From Eledone cirrhosa (Eukaryota): DNA of 64,000 nucleotides. Where the stretch lies: assembly GCA_964016885.1 (NCBI GenBank), contig OZ024741.1, forward strand, positions 10,726,001-10,790,000. The letters run 5' to 3'. Both the position numbers and the translations under genes were made by a program. The notes under the pieces are model-generated. The model was not told where the DNA came from. It saw only the letters and a list, made by a program, of their open reading frames with translations, and did no database searches. Of this stretch, positions 1 through 16,000 are shown in pieces (position 1 is the stretch's first letter; the number at the start of each line of letters is the position of its first letter).

Positions 1-3000
1 ACTGGACATCTAAAGTCAGATCTCTAGACTGGACATCTAAGGTCAGTTCTCTAGAGTGGACATCTAAGGTCAGGTCTCTAGACTGGAAATCTAACGTCAG
101 GTCTCTAGACTGGACATCTAAGGTCAGATCTCTAGACTGGACATCTAAGGTCAGATCTCGAGACTGGACATCTAAGGTCAGATCTCTAGCCTGGACATCT
201 AAGGTCCGGTCTCTAGATTGGACATCTAAGGACAGGTCTCTAGACTGGACATATATTATGGTCAGTTCTCTAGACGGGACATGTAAGGTCAGGTCTCTAG
301 ACTGGACATATATTAAGGTCAGGTCTCTAGACTGGACATGTATTAAGGTCAGTTCTCTAGACTGGACATCTATGGTCAGGTCTCTAGACTGGACATCTAA
401 GGTCAGGTCTCTAGACAGGACATATATTAAGGTCAGGTCTCTAGACTGGACATCTATTGTCAGGTCGCTAGACTGGACATCTAAGGTCAGATCTCTAGAC
501 TGGACATTTAAGGTCAGGTCTCTAGACTGGACATCTAAGGTCAGGTCTCTAGACTGGACATCTAAGGTCAGGTCTCTAGACTGGACATCTAACGTCAGGT
601 CTCTAGACTGGACATCTAAGGTCAGGTCTCTAGAGTGGACAACTAAGGTCAGGTCTCTAGACTGGACATATATTAAGGTCAGGTCTCTAGACTGGACATA
701 TATTAAGATCAGGTCTCTAGAGTGGACATATATTAAGGTCAGGTCTCTAGACTGGACATCTAAGGTCAGATCTCTAGACTGCACATCTAAGGTCAGGTCT
801 CTAGACTGGACATCTAAGGTCAGGTCTCTAGACTGGACATATATTAAGGTCAGTTCTCATGACTGGACATCTAAGGTCAGGTTTCTAGACTGGACATATA
901 TTAAGGTCAGCTCTCTAGACTGGACATCTAAGGTCAGGTCTCTAGAGTGGACATATATTAAGGTCATTTCTCTAGACTGGACATCTAAGCTCAGGTCTCT
1001 AGACTGGACATATATTAAGGGCAGATCTCTAGACTGGACATCTAAGGTCAGGTCTCTAGACTCGACATCTAAGGTCAGATCACTAGACTGGACATCAAAG
1101 TCACGTCTCTAGACTGGACATCTAAGGTCAGGTCTCTAGACTGGACATCTAAGATCAGGTCTCTAGCGTGCACATCTAAGGTCAGGTCTCTAGACTGGAC
1201 ATATATAAGGTCAGTTCTCTAGACTGGACATCTAACGTCAGGTCTCTAGACTGGACATCTAAGGTCAGATTCTAGACTGGATATCTAAGGTCAGGTCTCT
1301 AGACTTGACATCTAAGGTCAGGTCTCTAGACTGGACATATATTATGGTCAGGTCTCTAGACTGGACATCTAAGGTCAGATCTCTAGACTGGACGTCTAAT
1401 GTCAGGTCTCTAGACTGGACATCTAAGGTCAGTTCTCTAGAGTGGACATCTAAGGTCAGGTTTTAGGACTGGACAGCTAAGGTCAGGTCTCTAGACTGGA
1501 CAGCTAAGGTCAGATCTCTTGACTGGACATATATTAAGTTCAGGACTCTAGACTGGACTTCTAAGGTGAGGTCTCTGGACTGAACATCTAAGGTCAGGTC
1601 TCTAGACTGGACATATATTAAGGTCAGGTCTCTAGACTAGACAACAAAGGTCAGGTCTCTAGACTGGACATCTGAGGTCAGGTCTCTAGAGTGGACATCT
1701 AAGGTCAAGTCTCTAGAGTGGATATCTAAGGTCAGGTTTTAGGACTGGACAACTAAGGTCAGTTTTCTAGACTGGACATCTAAGTTCAGGTCTCTAGACT
1801 GGACATCTAAGGTCAGGTCTCTAGTCTGCACATCTCAGGTCAGGTCTCTAGACTGGACATATATTAAGGTCACGTCTCCAGACTGGTCATATATTAAGGT
1901 CACTTCTCTAGACTGGACATATATTAAGGTCAGGTCTCTAGTGTGGACATATATTAAGGTCACGTCACTAGAGTGCACATATATTAAGGTCAGGTCTCTA
2001 GACTGGACATCTAAGGTCAGATCCCTAGACTGGACATCTAAGGTCCGGTCTCTAGATTGGACATCTAAGGTCAGATCTCTAGCCTGGACATCTAAGGTCC
2101 GGTCTCTAGATTGGACATCTAAGGTCAGGTCTCTAGACTGGACATATATTAAGGTCAGTTCTCTAGACGGGACATGTAAGGTCAGGTCTCTAGACTGGAC
2201 ATATATTAAGGTCAGGTCTCTAGACTGGACATGTATTAAGGTCAGTTCTCTAGACTGGACATATATCAAGGTCAGTTCTCTAGACTGGACATCTAAGGTC
2301 AGATCTCTAGACTGGACATCTAAGGTCAGGTCTCTAGACTGGACATCTAAGGTCAGGTCTCTAGACTGGACATATATTAATTTTAGGTCTCTAGACTGGA
2401 CATATATTAAGGTCAGTTCTCTAGACTGGACATCTAAGGTCAGGTCTCTAGACTGGACATATATTAATGTCAGATCTCTAGACTGGACATCTCAGGTGGG
2501 TCTCTAGACTGGACATCTAAGGTCAGGTCTCTAGACTGGACATATATTAAGGTCAGGTCTATCTACATGACAACAAAGGTCAGGTCTCGAGACTGCACAT
2601 ATATTAAGGTCAGATCTCTAGACTGGACATCTAAGGTGGGTCTCTAGACTGGACATCTAAGGTCAGTTCTCTAGAGTGGACATTTAAGGTCAGGTCTTTA
2701 GACTGGACATCTAAGGTCAGGTCTCTAGACTGGACATGTATTAAAGTCAGTTCTCTAGACTAGACATCTAACTTCAGGTCTCAAGACTGGACATATATTA
2801 AGGTCAGTTCTCTAGACTGAACATCTAAGGTCAGGTTTCTATACGAGGCATATATTAAGGTCAGCTCTCTAGACTGGACATATATTAAGGTCAGGTCTCT
2901 AGACTGGACAGCTAAGGTCAGGTCTCTAGACTGGACATATATTAAGGTCAGTTATCTAGACTGAACATCTAAGGTCAGGTCTCTAGACTAGACTTATATT

Positions 3001-3439
3001 AGGGTCAGATCTCTAGACTCGACATCTAAGGTCAGGTCTCTAGACTGGACATCTAAGTTCAGATCACTAGACTGGACATCTAATTCACGTCTCTAGACTG
3101 GACATCTAAAGTCAGATCGCTACACTGGACATCTAAGATCAGGTCTCTAGACTGGACATCTAAGGTCAGTTCTCTAGAGTGGACATCTAAGGTCAGGTCT
3201 CTAGACTGTACGTCTAAGGTCAGTTATCTAGCGTGGACATGTAAGGTCAGGTCTCTAGACTGGACATCTAACGTCAGATCTCGAGACTGGACATCTAAGG
3301 TCAGGTCTCTAGACAGGACATCTATGGTCAGGCCTCTAGACTGGACATCTAAGGTCAGATCTCTAGACTGGACAGCTAAGGTGAAGTTTTCTAGACTGGA
3401 CATCTAACTTCAAGTCCCTAGACTGGACATCTAAGGTCA

Positions 3440-6400
3440 GGTCTCTAGACTGGACATATATTAAGGTCAGGTCTCTAGGGTGGACATATATTAAGGTCAG
3501 GTCTCTAGACTGGACATCTAAGGTCAGATCTCGAGACTGGACATCTAAGGTCAGGTCTCTAGACAGGACATATATTAAGGTCAGTTCTCTAGACTGTACA
3601 TCTATGGTCAGGTCTCTGGACTGGACATCTAAGGTCAGATCTCTAGACTGGACATCTAAGGTCAGGTCTCTAGACTGGACATATATTAAGCTCAGGTCTC
3701 TAGACTGGACATCTAAGGTCAGATCTCTAGACTGGACATATATTAAGGTGAGGTCTCTAGACTGGACATCTAAGGTCAGGTCTCTAGACTGGACAACTAA
3801 GGTGAAGTTTTCTAGACTGGACATCTAACTTCAGGTCCCTAGACTGGACATCTAAGGTCGGGTCTCTAGACTGGACATCTAAGGTCAGGTCTCTAGACTG
3901 GACATCTAAGGTCAGGTCTCTAGACTGGACATCTAAGGTCGGGTCTCTAGACTGGACATCTAAGGTCAGGTCTCTAGAATGGACATCTAAGGTCAGATCT
4001 CTAGACTGGACATATATTAAGGTGAGTTCTCTAGACTGGAGATCTAAGGTCAGGTCTCTAGACTGGACATCTAAAGTCAGGTCTATAGACTGGACATCTA
4101 AGGTCGGGTCTCTAGACTGGACATCTAAGGTCGGGTCTCTAGACTGGACATCTAAGGTCAGGTCTCTAGACTGGACATCTAAGGTCAGGTCTCTAGACTG
4201 GACATCTAAGGTCAGGTCTATTGACTGGACATCTAAGTTCAGGTCTCTAGACTGGACATCTAAGGTCAGGTCTATAGACTGGACATCTAAGGTCGGGTCT
4301 CTAGACTGGACATCTAAGGTCGGGTCTCTAGACTGGACATCTAAGGTCAGATCTCTAGACTGGACATCTAAGGTCAGGTCTATAGACTGGACATCTAAGG
4401 TCAGGTCTATAGACTGGACATCTAAGTTCAGGTCTCTAGACTGGACATCTAAGGTCAGGTCTCTCGACTGGACAGCTAAGTTCAGGTCTCTTGACTGGAC
4501 ATATATTAAGGTCAGATCACTAGACTTGACATCTAAGGTCAGTTCTCTAGGCTTGACATCTAAGGTCAGGTCTATAGACTGGACATCTATGGTCAGGTCT
4601 CTAGACTGGACATCTAATGTCAAGTTTCTTGACTGGACATCTAAGGTCAGGTATCTAGACTGGACATCTAAGGTCAGGTCTCTAGACTGGACATCTAAGG
4701 TCAGGTCTCTAGACTGGACATCTAATGTCAAGTTTCTTGACTGGACATCTAAGGTCAGGTCTCTAGACTGGACATCTAAGGTCAGTTCTCTAGGCTTGAC
4801 ATCTAAGTTCAGGTCTACAGACTGGACATCTAAGGTCAGGTCTCTTGATTGGACATATATTAAGGTCAGGTCTCTAGACTGGACATCTAAGGTCAGATCT
4901 CTAGACTGGACATCTAAGATCAGGTCTCTAGACTGGACATCTAAGGTCAGGTCTCTAGACTGGACATCTAAGGTCAGGTCTCTAGACTGGACATCTAAGG
5001 TCAGGTCTCTAGAGTGGACAACTAAGGTCAGGTCTCTAGACTGGACAGCTAAGGTCAGTTTTCTAGACTGGACATCTAAGTTCAGCTCCCTAGACTGGAC
5101 ATCTAAGGTCAGGTCTCTAGACTGGACATATATCAAGGTCAGGTCTCTAGACTGGACATATATTAAGATCAGGTCTCTAGACTGGACATATATTAAGGTC
5201 AGTTCTCATGACTGGACATCTAAGGTCAGGTTTCTAGACTGGACATATATTAAGGTCAGCTCTCTAGACTGGACATCTAAGGTCAGGTCTCTAGACTGGA
5301 CATATATTAAGGTCATTTCTCTAGACTGGACATCTAAGTTTAGGTCTCTAGACTGGACATATATTAAGGTCAGGTCTCTAGGGTGGACATATATTAAGGT
5401 CAGGTCTCTAGACTGGACATCTAAGGTCAGATCTCGAGACTGGACATCTAAGGTCAGGTCTCTAGACAGGACATATATTAAGGTCAGTTCTCTAGACTGT
5501 ACATCTATGGTCAGGTCTCTGGACTGGACATCTAAGGTCAGATCTCTAGACTGGACATCTAAGGTCAGGTCTCTAGACTGGACATATATTAAGCTCAGGT
5601 CTCTAGACTGGACATCTAAGGTCAGATCTCTAGACTGGACATATATTAAGGTGAGGTCTCTAGACTGGACATCTAAGGTCAGGTCTCTAGACTGGACAAC
5701 TAAGGTGAAGTTTTCTAGACTGGACATCTAACTTCAGGTCCCTAGACTGGACATCTAAGGTCGGGTCTCTAGACTGGACATCTAAGGTCAGGTCTCTAGA
5801 CTGGACATCTAAGGTCAGGTCTCTAGACTGGACATCTAAGGTCGGGTCTCTAGACTGGACATCTAAGGTCAGGTCTCTAGAATGGACATCTAAGGTCAGA
5901 TCTCTAGACTGGACATATATTAAGGTGAGTTCTCTAGACTGGAGATCTAAGGTCAGGTCTCTAGACTGGACATCTAAAGTCAGGTCTATAGACTGGACAT
6001 CTAAGGTCGGGTCTCTAGACTGGACATCTAAGGTCGGGTCTCTAGACTGGACATCTAAGGTCAGGTCTCTAGACTGGACATCTAAGGTCAGGTCTCTAGA
6101 CTGGACATCTAAGGTCAGGTCTATTGACTGGACATCTAAGTTCAGGTCTCTAGACTGGACATCTAAGGTCAGGTCTATAGACTGGACATCTAAGGTCGGG
6201 TCTCTAGACTGGACATCTAAGGTCGGGTCTCTAGACTGGACATCTAAGGTCAGATCTCTAGACTGGACATCTAAGGTCAGGTCTATAGACTGGACATCTA
6301 AGGTCAGGTCTATAGACTGGACATCTAAGTTCAGGTCTCTAGACTGGACATCTAAGGTCAGGTCTCTCGACTGGACAGCTAAGTTCAGGTCTCTTGACTG

Positions 6401-7083
6401 GACATATATTAAGGTCAGATCACTAGACTTGACATCTAAGGTCAGTTCTCTAGGCTTGACATCTAAGGTCAGGTCTATAGACTGGACATCTATGGTCAGG
6501 TCTCTAGACTGGACATCTAATGTCAAGTTTCTTGACTGGACATCTAAGGTCAGGTATCTAGACTGGACATCTAAGGTCAGGTCTCTAGACTGGACATCTA
6601 AGGTCAGGTCTCTAGACTGGACATCTAATGTCAAGTTTCTTGACTGGACATCTAAGGTCAGGTCTCTAGACTGGACATCTAAGGTCAGTTCTCTAGGCTT
6701 GACATCTAAGTTCAGGTCTACAGACTGGACATCTAAGGTCAGGTCTCTTGACTGGACATATATTAAGGTCAGGTCTCTAGACTGGACATCTAAGGTCAGA
6801 TCTCTAGACTGGACATCTAAGATCAGGTCTCTAGACTGGACATCTAAGGTCAGGTCTCTAGACTGGACATCTAAGGTCAGGTCTCTAGACTGGACATCTA
6901 AGGTCAGGTCTCTAGAGTGGACAACTAAGGTCAGGTCTCTAGACTGGACAGCTAAGGTCAGTTTTCTAGACTGGACATCTAAGTTCAGCTCCCTAGACTG
7001 GACATCTAAGGTCAGGTCTCTAGACTGGACATATATCAAGGTCAGGTCTCTAGACTGGACATATATTAAGATCAGGTCTCTAG
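3440..7083 (+). repeat. 1,903-bp near-identical tandem duplication within the satellite
   Basis: Identical 450-aa pseudo-ORFs at 3784..5136 and 5687..7039; the offset of 1,903 also holds for the ORF starts at 4022/5925. Confidence 0.9.
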
Positions 7084-10000
7084 AGTGGACATATATTAAG
7101 GTCAGGTCTCTAGACTGGACATCTAAGGTCAGGTCTCTAGACTGGACATATATTAAGGTCAGTTCTCATGACTGGACATCTAAGGTCAGGTTTCTAGACT
7201 GGACATATATTAAGGTCAGCTCTCTAGACTGGACATCTAAGGTCAGGTCTCTAGACTGGACATATATTAAGGGCAGATCTCTAGACTGGACATCTAAGGT
7301 CAGGTCTCTAGACTCGACATCTAAGGTCAGATCACTAGACTGGACATCAAAGTCACGTCTCTAGACTGGACATCTAAAGTCAGATCTCTAGACTGGACAT
7401 CTAAGGTCAGGTCTCTAGACTGGACATCTAAGATCAGGTCTCTAGCGTGCACATCTAAGGTCAGGTCTCTAGACTGGACATATATAAGGTCAGTTCTCTA
7501 GACTGGACATCTAACGTCAGGTCTCTAGACTGGACATCTAAGGTCAGATTCTAGACTGGATATCTAAGGTCAGGTCTCTAGACTTGACATCTAAGGTCAG
7601 GTCTCTAGACTGGACATATATTATGGTCAGGTCTCTAGACTGGACATCTAAGGTCAGATCTCTAGACTGGACGTCTAATGTCAGGTCTCTAGACTGGACA
7701 TCTAAGGTCAGTTCTCTAGAGTGGACATCTAAGGTCAGGTCTCTAGACTGGACATATATTAAGGTCAGTTCTCTAGACTGGACATCTAAGTTCAGGTCTC
7801 TAGACTGGACATATATTAAGGTCAGTTCTCTAGAATGAACATCTAAGGTCAGTTCTCTAGACTGGACATCTAAGTTCAGGTCTCCAGACTGGACATATAT
7901 TAAGGGCAGGTCTCTAGACTGGACATCTAAGGTCAGATCTCTAGACTGGACATCTAAGTCACGTCTCTAGACTGGACATCTAAAGTCAGATTTCTAGACT
8001 GGACATCTAGGGTCAGTTCTCTAGACTGGACATCTAAGGTCAGATCTCTAGACTGGACATCTAAGGTCAGGTCTCTAGACTGGACATCTAAGGTCAGGTC
8101 TCTAGACTGGACATATATTAAGTTCAGCTCTCTAGACTGGACATATATTAAGGTCAGTTCTCTAGACTGGACATCTAAGGTCAGGTCTCTAGTCTGGACA
8201 TCTAAGTTCAGGTCTCTAGACTGGACATATATTAAGGGCAGGTCTCTAGACTGGACATCTAAGGTCAGGTCTCTAGACTCGACATCTAAGGTCAGGTCTC
8301 TAGACTGGACATCTAAGGTCAGGTCTCTAGACTGGACATCTAAGTTCAGATCACTAGACTGGACATCAAAGTCACGTCTCTAGACTGGACATCTAAAGTC
8401 AGATCTCTAGACTGGACATCTAAGGTCAGGTCTCTAGACTGGACATCTAAGATCAGGTCTCTAGCGTGGACATCTAAGGTCAGGTCTCTAGACTGGACAT
8501 ATATTAAGGTCAGTTCTCTAGACTGGACATCTAACGTCAGGTCTCTAGACTGGAAATATATTAAGCTCAGATCTCTACACTGGACATCTAAGGTCAGGTC
8601 TCTAGACTGGACATATATTAAGGTCAGGTCTCTAGACTGGACATGTATTAAGGTCAGTTCTCTAGACTGGACATATATTAAGGTCAGTTCTCTAGACTGT
8701 ACATCTAAGGTCAGATTTCTAGACTGGACATCTAGGGTCAGTTCTCTAGACTGGACATCTAAGGTCAGATCTCTAGACTGGACATCTAAGGTCAGGTCTC
8801 TAGACTGGACATCTAAGGTCAGGTCTCTAGACTGGACATATATTAAGTTCAGGTCTCTAGACTGGACATATATTAATGTCAGTTCTCTAGACTGGACATC
8901 TAAGGTCAGGTCTCTAGACTGGACATGTATTAAGGTCAGATCTCCAGACTGGACATCTAAGTTCAATTCTCTAGACTGGACATCTAAGGTCAGGTCTCTA
9001 GACTGGACATGTATTAAGGTCAGTTCTCTAGACAGGACATCTAAGGTCAGTTCTCTAGAGTGGACATCTAAGGTCAGGTCTCTTGACTGGACATCTAAGG
9101 TCAGTTCTCTAGAGTGGACATCTAAGGTCAGTTCTCTAGAGTGGACATCTAAGGTCAGGTCTCTAGACTGGACATATATTAAGGTCAGTTCTCTAGACTG
9201 GCCATCTAAGTTCAGGTCTCTAGACTGGACATATATTAAGGTCAGTTCTCTAGAATGAAGATCTAAGGTCAGTTCTCTAGACTGGACATCTAAGTTCAGG
9301 TTTCCAGACTGGACATATATTAAGGGCAGGTCTCTAGACTGGACATCTAAGGTCAGATCTCTAGACTGGACATATATTAAGCTCAGGTCTCTAGACCGGA
9401 CATCTAAGGTCAGATCTCTAGACTGGACATCTAAGGTCAGGTCTCTAGACTGTACGTCTAAGGTCAGTTATCTAGCGTGGACATCTTTGGTCAGGTCTCT
9501 AGACTGGACATCTAACGTCAGGTCTCTAGACTGGACATATATTAAGCTCAGGTCTCTAGACCGGACATCTAAGGTCAGATCTCTAGACTGGACATCTAAG
9601 GCCAGATCTCGAGACTGGACATCTAAGGTCAGGTCTCTAGACAGGACATATATTAAGGTCAGTTCTCTAGACTGGACATCTTTGGTCAGGTCTCTAGACT
9701 GGACATCTAAGGTGAGATCTCTAGACTGGACATATATTAAGCTCAGGTCTCTAGACTGGACATCTAAGGTCAGGTCTCTAGACTGGACATCTTTGGTCAG
9801 GTTTCTAGACTGGACATCTATGGTCAGGTCTCTAGACTGGACATCTAAGGTCAGATCTCTAGACTGGACATTTAAGGTCAGGTCTCTAGACTGGACATCT
9901 AAGATCAGTTCTCTAGAGTGGACATCTAAGGTCAGGTCTCTAGACTGGACAGCTAAGGTCAGATCTCTAGACTGGACATATATTAAGGTGAGGTCTCTAG

Positions 10001-13000
10001 ACTGGACATCTAAGGTGAGGTCTCTAGACTGGACATCTAAGGTCAGGTCTCTAGACTGGACATAATATTAAGGTCAGGTCTCTGGACGGGACCTCTAATT
10101 TTATGTCTATAGACTGGACATCTAAGGTCAGGTCTCTAGAGTGGACAACTAAGGTCAGGTCTCTAGACTGGACAGCTAAGGTCAGTTTTCTGGACTGGAC
10201 ATCTAAGTTCAGGTCCCTAGACTGGACATCTAAGGTCAGGTCTCTAGTCTGGACATCTAAGTTAAGATCACTAGACTGGACATCTAAGTCACGTCTCTAG
10301 ACTGGACATCTAAAGTCAGATCTCTAGACTGGACATCTAAGGTCAGTTCTCTAGAGTGGACATCTAAGGTCAGGTCTCTAGACTGGAAATCTAACGTCAG
10401 GTCTCTAGACTGGACATCTAAGGTCAGATCTCTAGACTGGACATCTAAGGTCAGATCTCGAGACTGGACATCTAAGGTCAGATCTCTAGCCTGGACATCT
10501 AAGGTCCGGTCTCTATATTGGACATCTAAGGACAGGTCTCTAGACTGGACATATATTATGGTCAGTTCTCTAGACGGGACATGTAAGGTCAGGTCTCTAG
10601 ACTGGACATATATTAAGGTCAGGTCTCTAGACTGGACATGTATTAAGGTCAGTTCTCTAGACTGGACATCTATGGTCAGGTCTCTAGACTGGACATCTAT
10701 AGTCAGGTCGCTAGACTGGACATCTAAGGTCAGATCTCTAGCCTGGACATCTAAGGTCCGGTCTCTAGATTGGACATCTAAGGACAGGTCTCTAGACTGG
10801 ACATATATTATGGTCAGTTCTCTAGACGGGACATGTAAGGTCAGGTCTCTAGACTGGACATATATTAAGGTCAGGTCTCTAGACTGGACATGTATTAAGG
10901 TCAGTTCTCTAGACTGGACATATATTAAGGTCAGTTCTCTAGACTGGACATCTAAGGTCAGATCTCTAGACTGGACATCTAGGGTCAGTTCTCTAGACTG
11001 GACATCTAAGGTCAGATCACTAGACTGGACATCTAAGTCACGTCTCTAGACTGGACATCTAAAGTCAGATCTCTAGACTGGACATCTAAGGTCAGTTCTC
11101 TAGAGTGGACATCTAAGGTCAGGTCTCTAGACTGTACATCTAAGGTCAGTTATCTAGCGTGGACATCTAAGGTCAGGTCTCTAGACTGGAAATCTAACAT
11201 CAGGTCTCTAGCGTGGACATCTAAGGTCAGTTCTCTAGACTGGACATATATTAAGGTCAGTTCTCTAGACTGGACATCTAACGTCAGGTCTCTAGACTGG
11301 AAATATATTAAGCTCAGATCTCTAGACTGGACATCTAAGGTCAGGTCTCTAGACTGGACATCTAAGGTCAGATCTCTAGACTGGACATCTAAGGTCAGAT
11401 TCTAGACTGGATATCTAAGGTCAGGTCTCTAGACTTGACATCTAAGGTCAGGTCTCTAGACTGGACATATATTATGGTCAGGTCTCTAGACTTGACATCT
11501 AAGGTCAGGTCTCTAGACTGGACATCTAAGGTCAGATCTCGAGACTGGACATCTAAGGTCAGGTCTCTAGACAGGATATATATTAAGGTCAGTTCTCTAG
11601 ACGGGACATCTTTGGTCAGGTCTCTAGACTGGACATCTATGGTCAGGTCTCTAGACTGGACATCTAAGGTCAGATCTCTAGACTGGACATTTAAGGTCAG
11701 GTCCCTGGACTGGACATCTAAGGTCAGTTCCTTAGAGTGGACATCTAAGGTCAGGTCTCTAGACTGGACAGCTAAGGTCAGATCTCTAGACTGGACATAT
11801 ATTAAGGTGAGGTCTCTTGGCTGGACATCTAAGGTGAGGTCTCTAGACTGGACATCTAAGGTCAGGTCTCTAGCCTGGATATAATATTAAGGTCAGGTCT
11901 CTGGACGGGACCTCTAATTTTATGTCTCTAGACTGGACATCTAAGGTCAGGTCTCTAGACTGGACATCTAAGGTCAGGTCTCTAGTCTGGACATCTAAGT
12001 TCAGGTCACTAGACTGGACATCTAAGGTCATGTCTCTAGTCTGGACATCTAAGTTCAGATCACTAGACTGGACATCTAAGTCACGTCTCTAGACTGGAAT
12101 CTAATGTCAGGTCTCTAGACTCGACATCTAAAGTCAGATCTCTAGACTGGACATCTAAGATCAGGTCTCTAGACTGGACATCTAAGGTCAGTTCTCTAGA
12201 GTGGACATCTAAGGTCAGGTCTCTAGACTGTACATCTAAGGTCAGTTATCTAGCGTGGACATCTAAGGTCAGGTCTCTAGACTGGAAATCTAACGTCAGG
12301 TCTCTAGACTGGACATCTAAGTCAGATCTCTATACTGGACATCTAAGGTCAGATCTCGAGACTGGACATCTAAGGTCAGGTCTCTAGACAGGACATATAT
12401 TAAGGTCAGGTCTCTAGACTGGACATCTATGGTCAGGTCGCTAGACTGGACATCTAAGGTCAGATCTCTAGACTGGACATTTAAGGTCAGGTCTCTAGAC
12501 TGGACATCTAAGGTCAGGTCTCTAGACTGGACATCTAAGGTCAGGTCTCTAGACTGGACATCTAACGTCAGGTCTCTAGACTGGACATCTAAGGTCAGGT
12601 CTCTAGAGTGGACAACTAAGGTCAGGTCTCTAGACTGGACATATATTAAGGTCAGGTCTCTAGACTGGACATATATTAAGATCAGGTCTCTAGAGTGGAC
12701 ATATATTAAGGTCAGGTCTCTAGACTGGACATCTAAGGTCAGATCTCTAGACTGCACATCTAAGGTCAGGTCTCTAGACTGGACATCTAAGGTCAGGTCT
12801 CTAGACTGGACATATATTAAGGTCAGTTCTCATGACTGGACATCTAAGGTCAGGTTTCTAGACTGGACATATATTAAGGTCATTTCTCTAGACTGGACAT
12901 CTAAGCTCAGGTCTCTAGACTGGACATATATTAAGGGCAGATCTCTAGACTGGACATCTAAGGTCAGGTCTCTAGACTCGACATCTAAGGTCAGATCACT

Positions 13001-16000
13001 AGACTGGACATCAAAGTCACGTCTCTAGACTGGACATCTAAAGTCAGATCTCTAGACTGGACATCTAAGGTCAGGTCTCTAGACTGGACATCTAAGATCA
13101 GGTCTCTAGCGTGCACATCTAAGGTCAGGTCTCTAGACTGGACATATATAAGGTCAGTTCTCTAGACTGGACATCTAACGTCAGGTCTCTAGACTGGACA
13201 TCTAAGGTCAGATTCTAGACTGGATATCTAAGGTCAGGTCTCTAGACTTGACATCTAAGGTCAGGTCTCTAGACTGGACATATATTATGGTCAGGTCTCT
13301 AGACTGGACATCTAAGGTCAGATCTCTAGACTGGACGTCTAATGTCAGGTCTCTAGACTGGACATCTAAGGTCAGTTCTCTAGAGTGGACATCTAAGGTC
13401 AGGTTTTAGGACTGGACAGCTAAGGTCAGGTCTCTAGACTGGACAGCTAAGGTCAGATCTCTTGACTGGACATATATTAAGTTCAGGACTCTAGACTGGA
13501 CTTCTAAGGTGAGGTCTCTGGACTGAACATCTAAGGTCAGGTCTCTAGACTGGACATATATTAAGGTCAGGTCTCTAGACTAGACATCAAAGGTCAGGTC
13601 TCTAGACTGGACATCTGAGGTCAGGTCTCTAGAGTGGACATCTAAGGTCAAGTCTCTAGAGTGGATATCTAAGGTCAGGTTTTAGGACTGGACAACTAAG
13701 GTCAGTTTTCTAGACTGGACATCTAAGTTCAGGTCTCTAGACTGGACATCTAAGGTCAGGTCTCTAGTCTGCACATCTCAGGTCAGGTCTCTAGACTGGA
13801 CATATATTAAGGTCACGTCTCCAGACTGGTCATATATTAAGGTCACTTCTCTAGACTGGACATATATTAAGGTCAGGTCTCTAGTGTGGACATATATTAA
13901 GGTCACGTCACTAGAGTGCACATATATTAAGGTCAGGTCTCTAGACTGGACATCTAAGGTCAGATCCCTAGACTGGACATCTAAGGTCCGGTCTCTAGAT
14001 TGGACATCTAAGGTCAGATCTCTAGCCTGGACATCTAAGGTCCGGTCTCTAGATTGGACATCTAAGGTCAGGTCTCTAGACTGGACATATATTAAGGTCA
14101 GTTCTCTAGACGGGACATGTAAGGTCAGGTCTCTAGACTGGACATATATTAAGGTCAGGTCTCTAGACTGGACATGTATTAAGGTCAGTTCTCTAGACTG
14201 GACATATATCAAGGTCAGTTCTCTAGACTGGACATCTAAGGTCAGATCTCTAGACTGGACATCTAAGGTCAGGTCTCTAGACTGGACATCTAAGGTCAGG
14301 TCTCTAGACTGGACATATATTAATTTCAGGTCTCTAGACTGGACATATATTAAGGTCAGTTCTCTAGACTGGACATCTAAGGTCAGGTCTCTAGACTGGA
14401 CATATATTAAGGTCAGATCTCTAGACTGGACATCTCAGGTGGGTCTCTAGACTGGACATCTAAGGTCAGGTCTCTAGACTGGACATATATTAAGGTCAGG
14501 TCTATCTACATGACAACAAAGGTCAGGTCTCGAGACTGCACATATATTAAGGTCAGATCTCTAGACTGGACATCTAAGGTGGGTCTTTAGACTGGACATC
14601 TAAGGTCAGGTCTCTAGACTGGACATGTATTAAAGTCAGTTCTCTAGACTAGACATCTAACTTCAGGTCTCAAGACGGGACATATATTAAGGTCAGTTCT
14701 CTAGACTGAACATCTAAGGTCAGGTTTCTATACGAGGCATATATTAAGGTCAGCTCTCTAGACTGGACATATATTAAGGTCAGGTCTCTAGACTGGACAG
14801 CTAAGGTCAGGTCTCTAGACTGGACATATATTAAGGTCAGTTATCTAGACTGAACATCTAAGGTCAGGTCTCTAGACTGGACTTATATTAGGGTCAGTTC
14901 TCTAGACTTGACATCTAAGTTCAGGTCTCTAGACAGGACATATATTAAGGGCAGGTCTCTAGACTGGACAGCTAAGGTCAGATCTCTAGACTCGACATCT
15001 AAGGTCAGGTCTCTAGACTGGACATCTAAGTTCAGATCACTAGACTGGACATCTAATTCACGTCTCTAGACTGGACATCTAAAGTCAGATCGCTACACTG
15101 GACATCTAAGATCAGGTCTCTAGACTGGACATCTAAGGTCAGTTCTCTAGAGTGGACATCTAAGGTCAGGTCTCTAGACTGTACGTCTAAGGTCAGTTAT
15201 CTAGCGTGGACATGTAAGGTCAGGTCTCTAGACTGGACATCTAACGTCAGATCTCGAGACTGGACATCTAAGGTCAGGTCTCTAGACAGGACATCTATGG
15301 TCAGGCCTCTAGACTGGACATCTAAGGTCAGATCTCTAGACTGGACAGCTAAGGTGAAGTTTTCTAGACTGGACATCTAACTTCAAGTCCCTAGACTGGA
15401 CATCTAAGGTCAGGTCTCTAGACTGGACATATATTAAGGTCAGGTCTCTAGGGTGGACATATATTAAGGTCAGGTCTCTAGACTGGACATCTAAGGTCAG
15501 ATCTCGAGACTGGACATCTAAGGTCAGGTCTCTAGACAGGACATATATTAAGGTCAGTTCTCTAGACTGTACATCTATGGTCAGGTCTCTAGACTGGACA
15601 TCTAAGGTCAGATCTCTAGACTGGACATCTAAGGTCAGGTCTCTAGACTGGACATATATTAAGCTCAGGTCTCTAGACTGGACATCTAAGGTCAGATCTC
15701 TAGACTGGACATATATTAAGGTGAGGTCTCTAGACTGGACATCTAAGGTCAGGTCTCTAGACTGGACAACTAAGGTGAAGTTTTCTAGACTGGACATCTA
15801 ACTTCAGGTCCCTAGACTGGACATCTAAGGTCGGGTCTCTAGACTGGACATCTAAGGTCAGGTCTCTAGACTGGACATCTAAGGTCAGGTCTCTAGACTG
15901 GACATCTAAGGTCGGGTCTCTAGACTGGACATCTAAGGTCAGGTCTCTAGACTGGACATCTAAGGTCAGATCTCTAGACTGGACATATATTAAGGTGAGT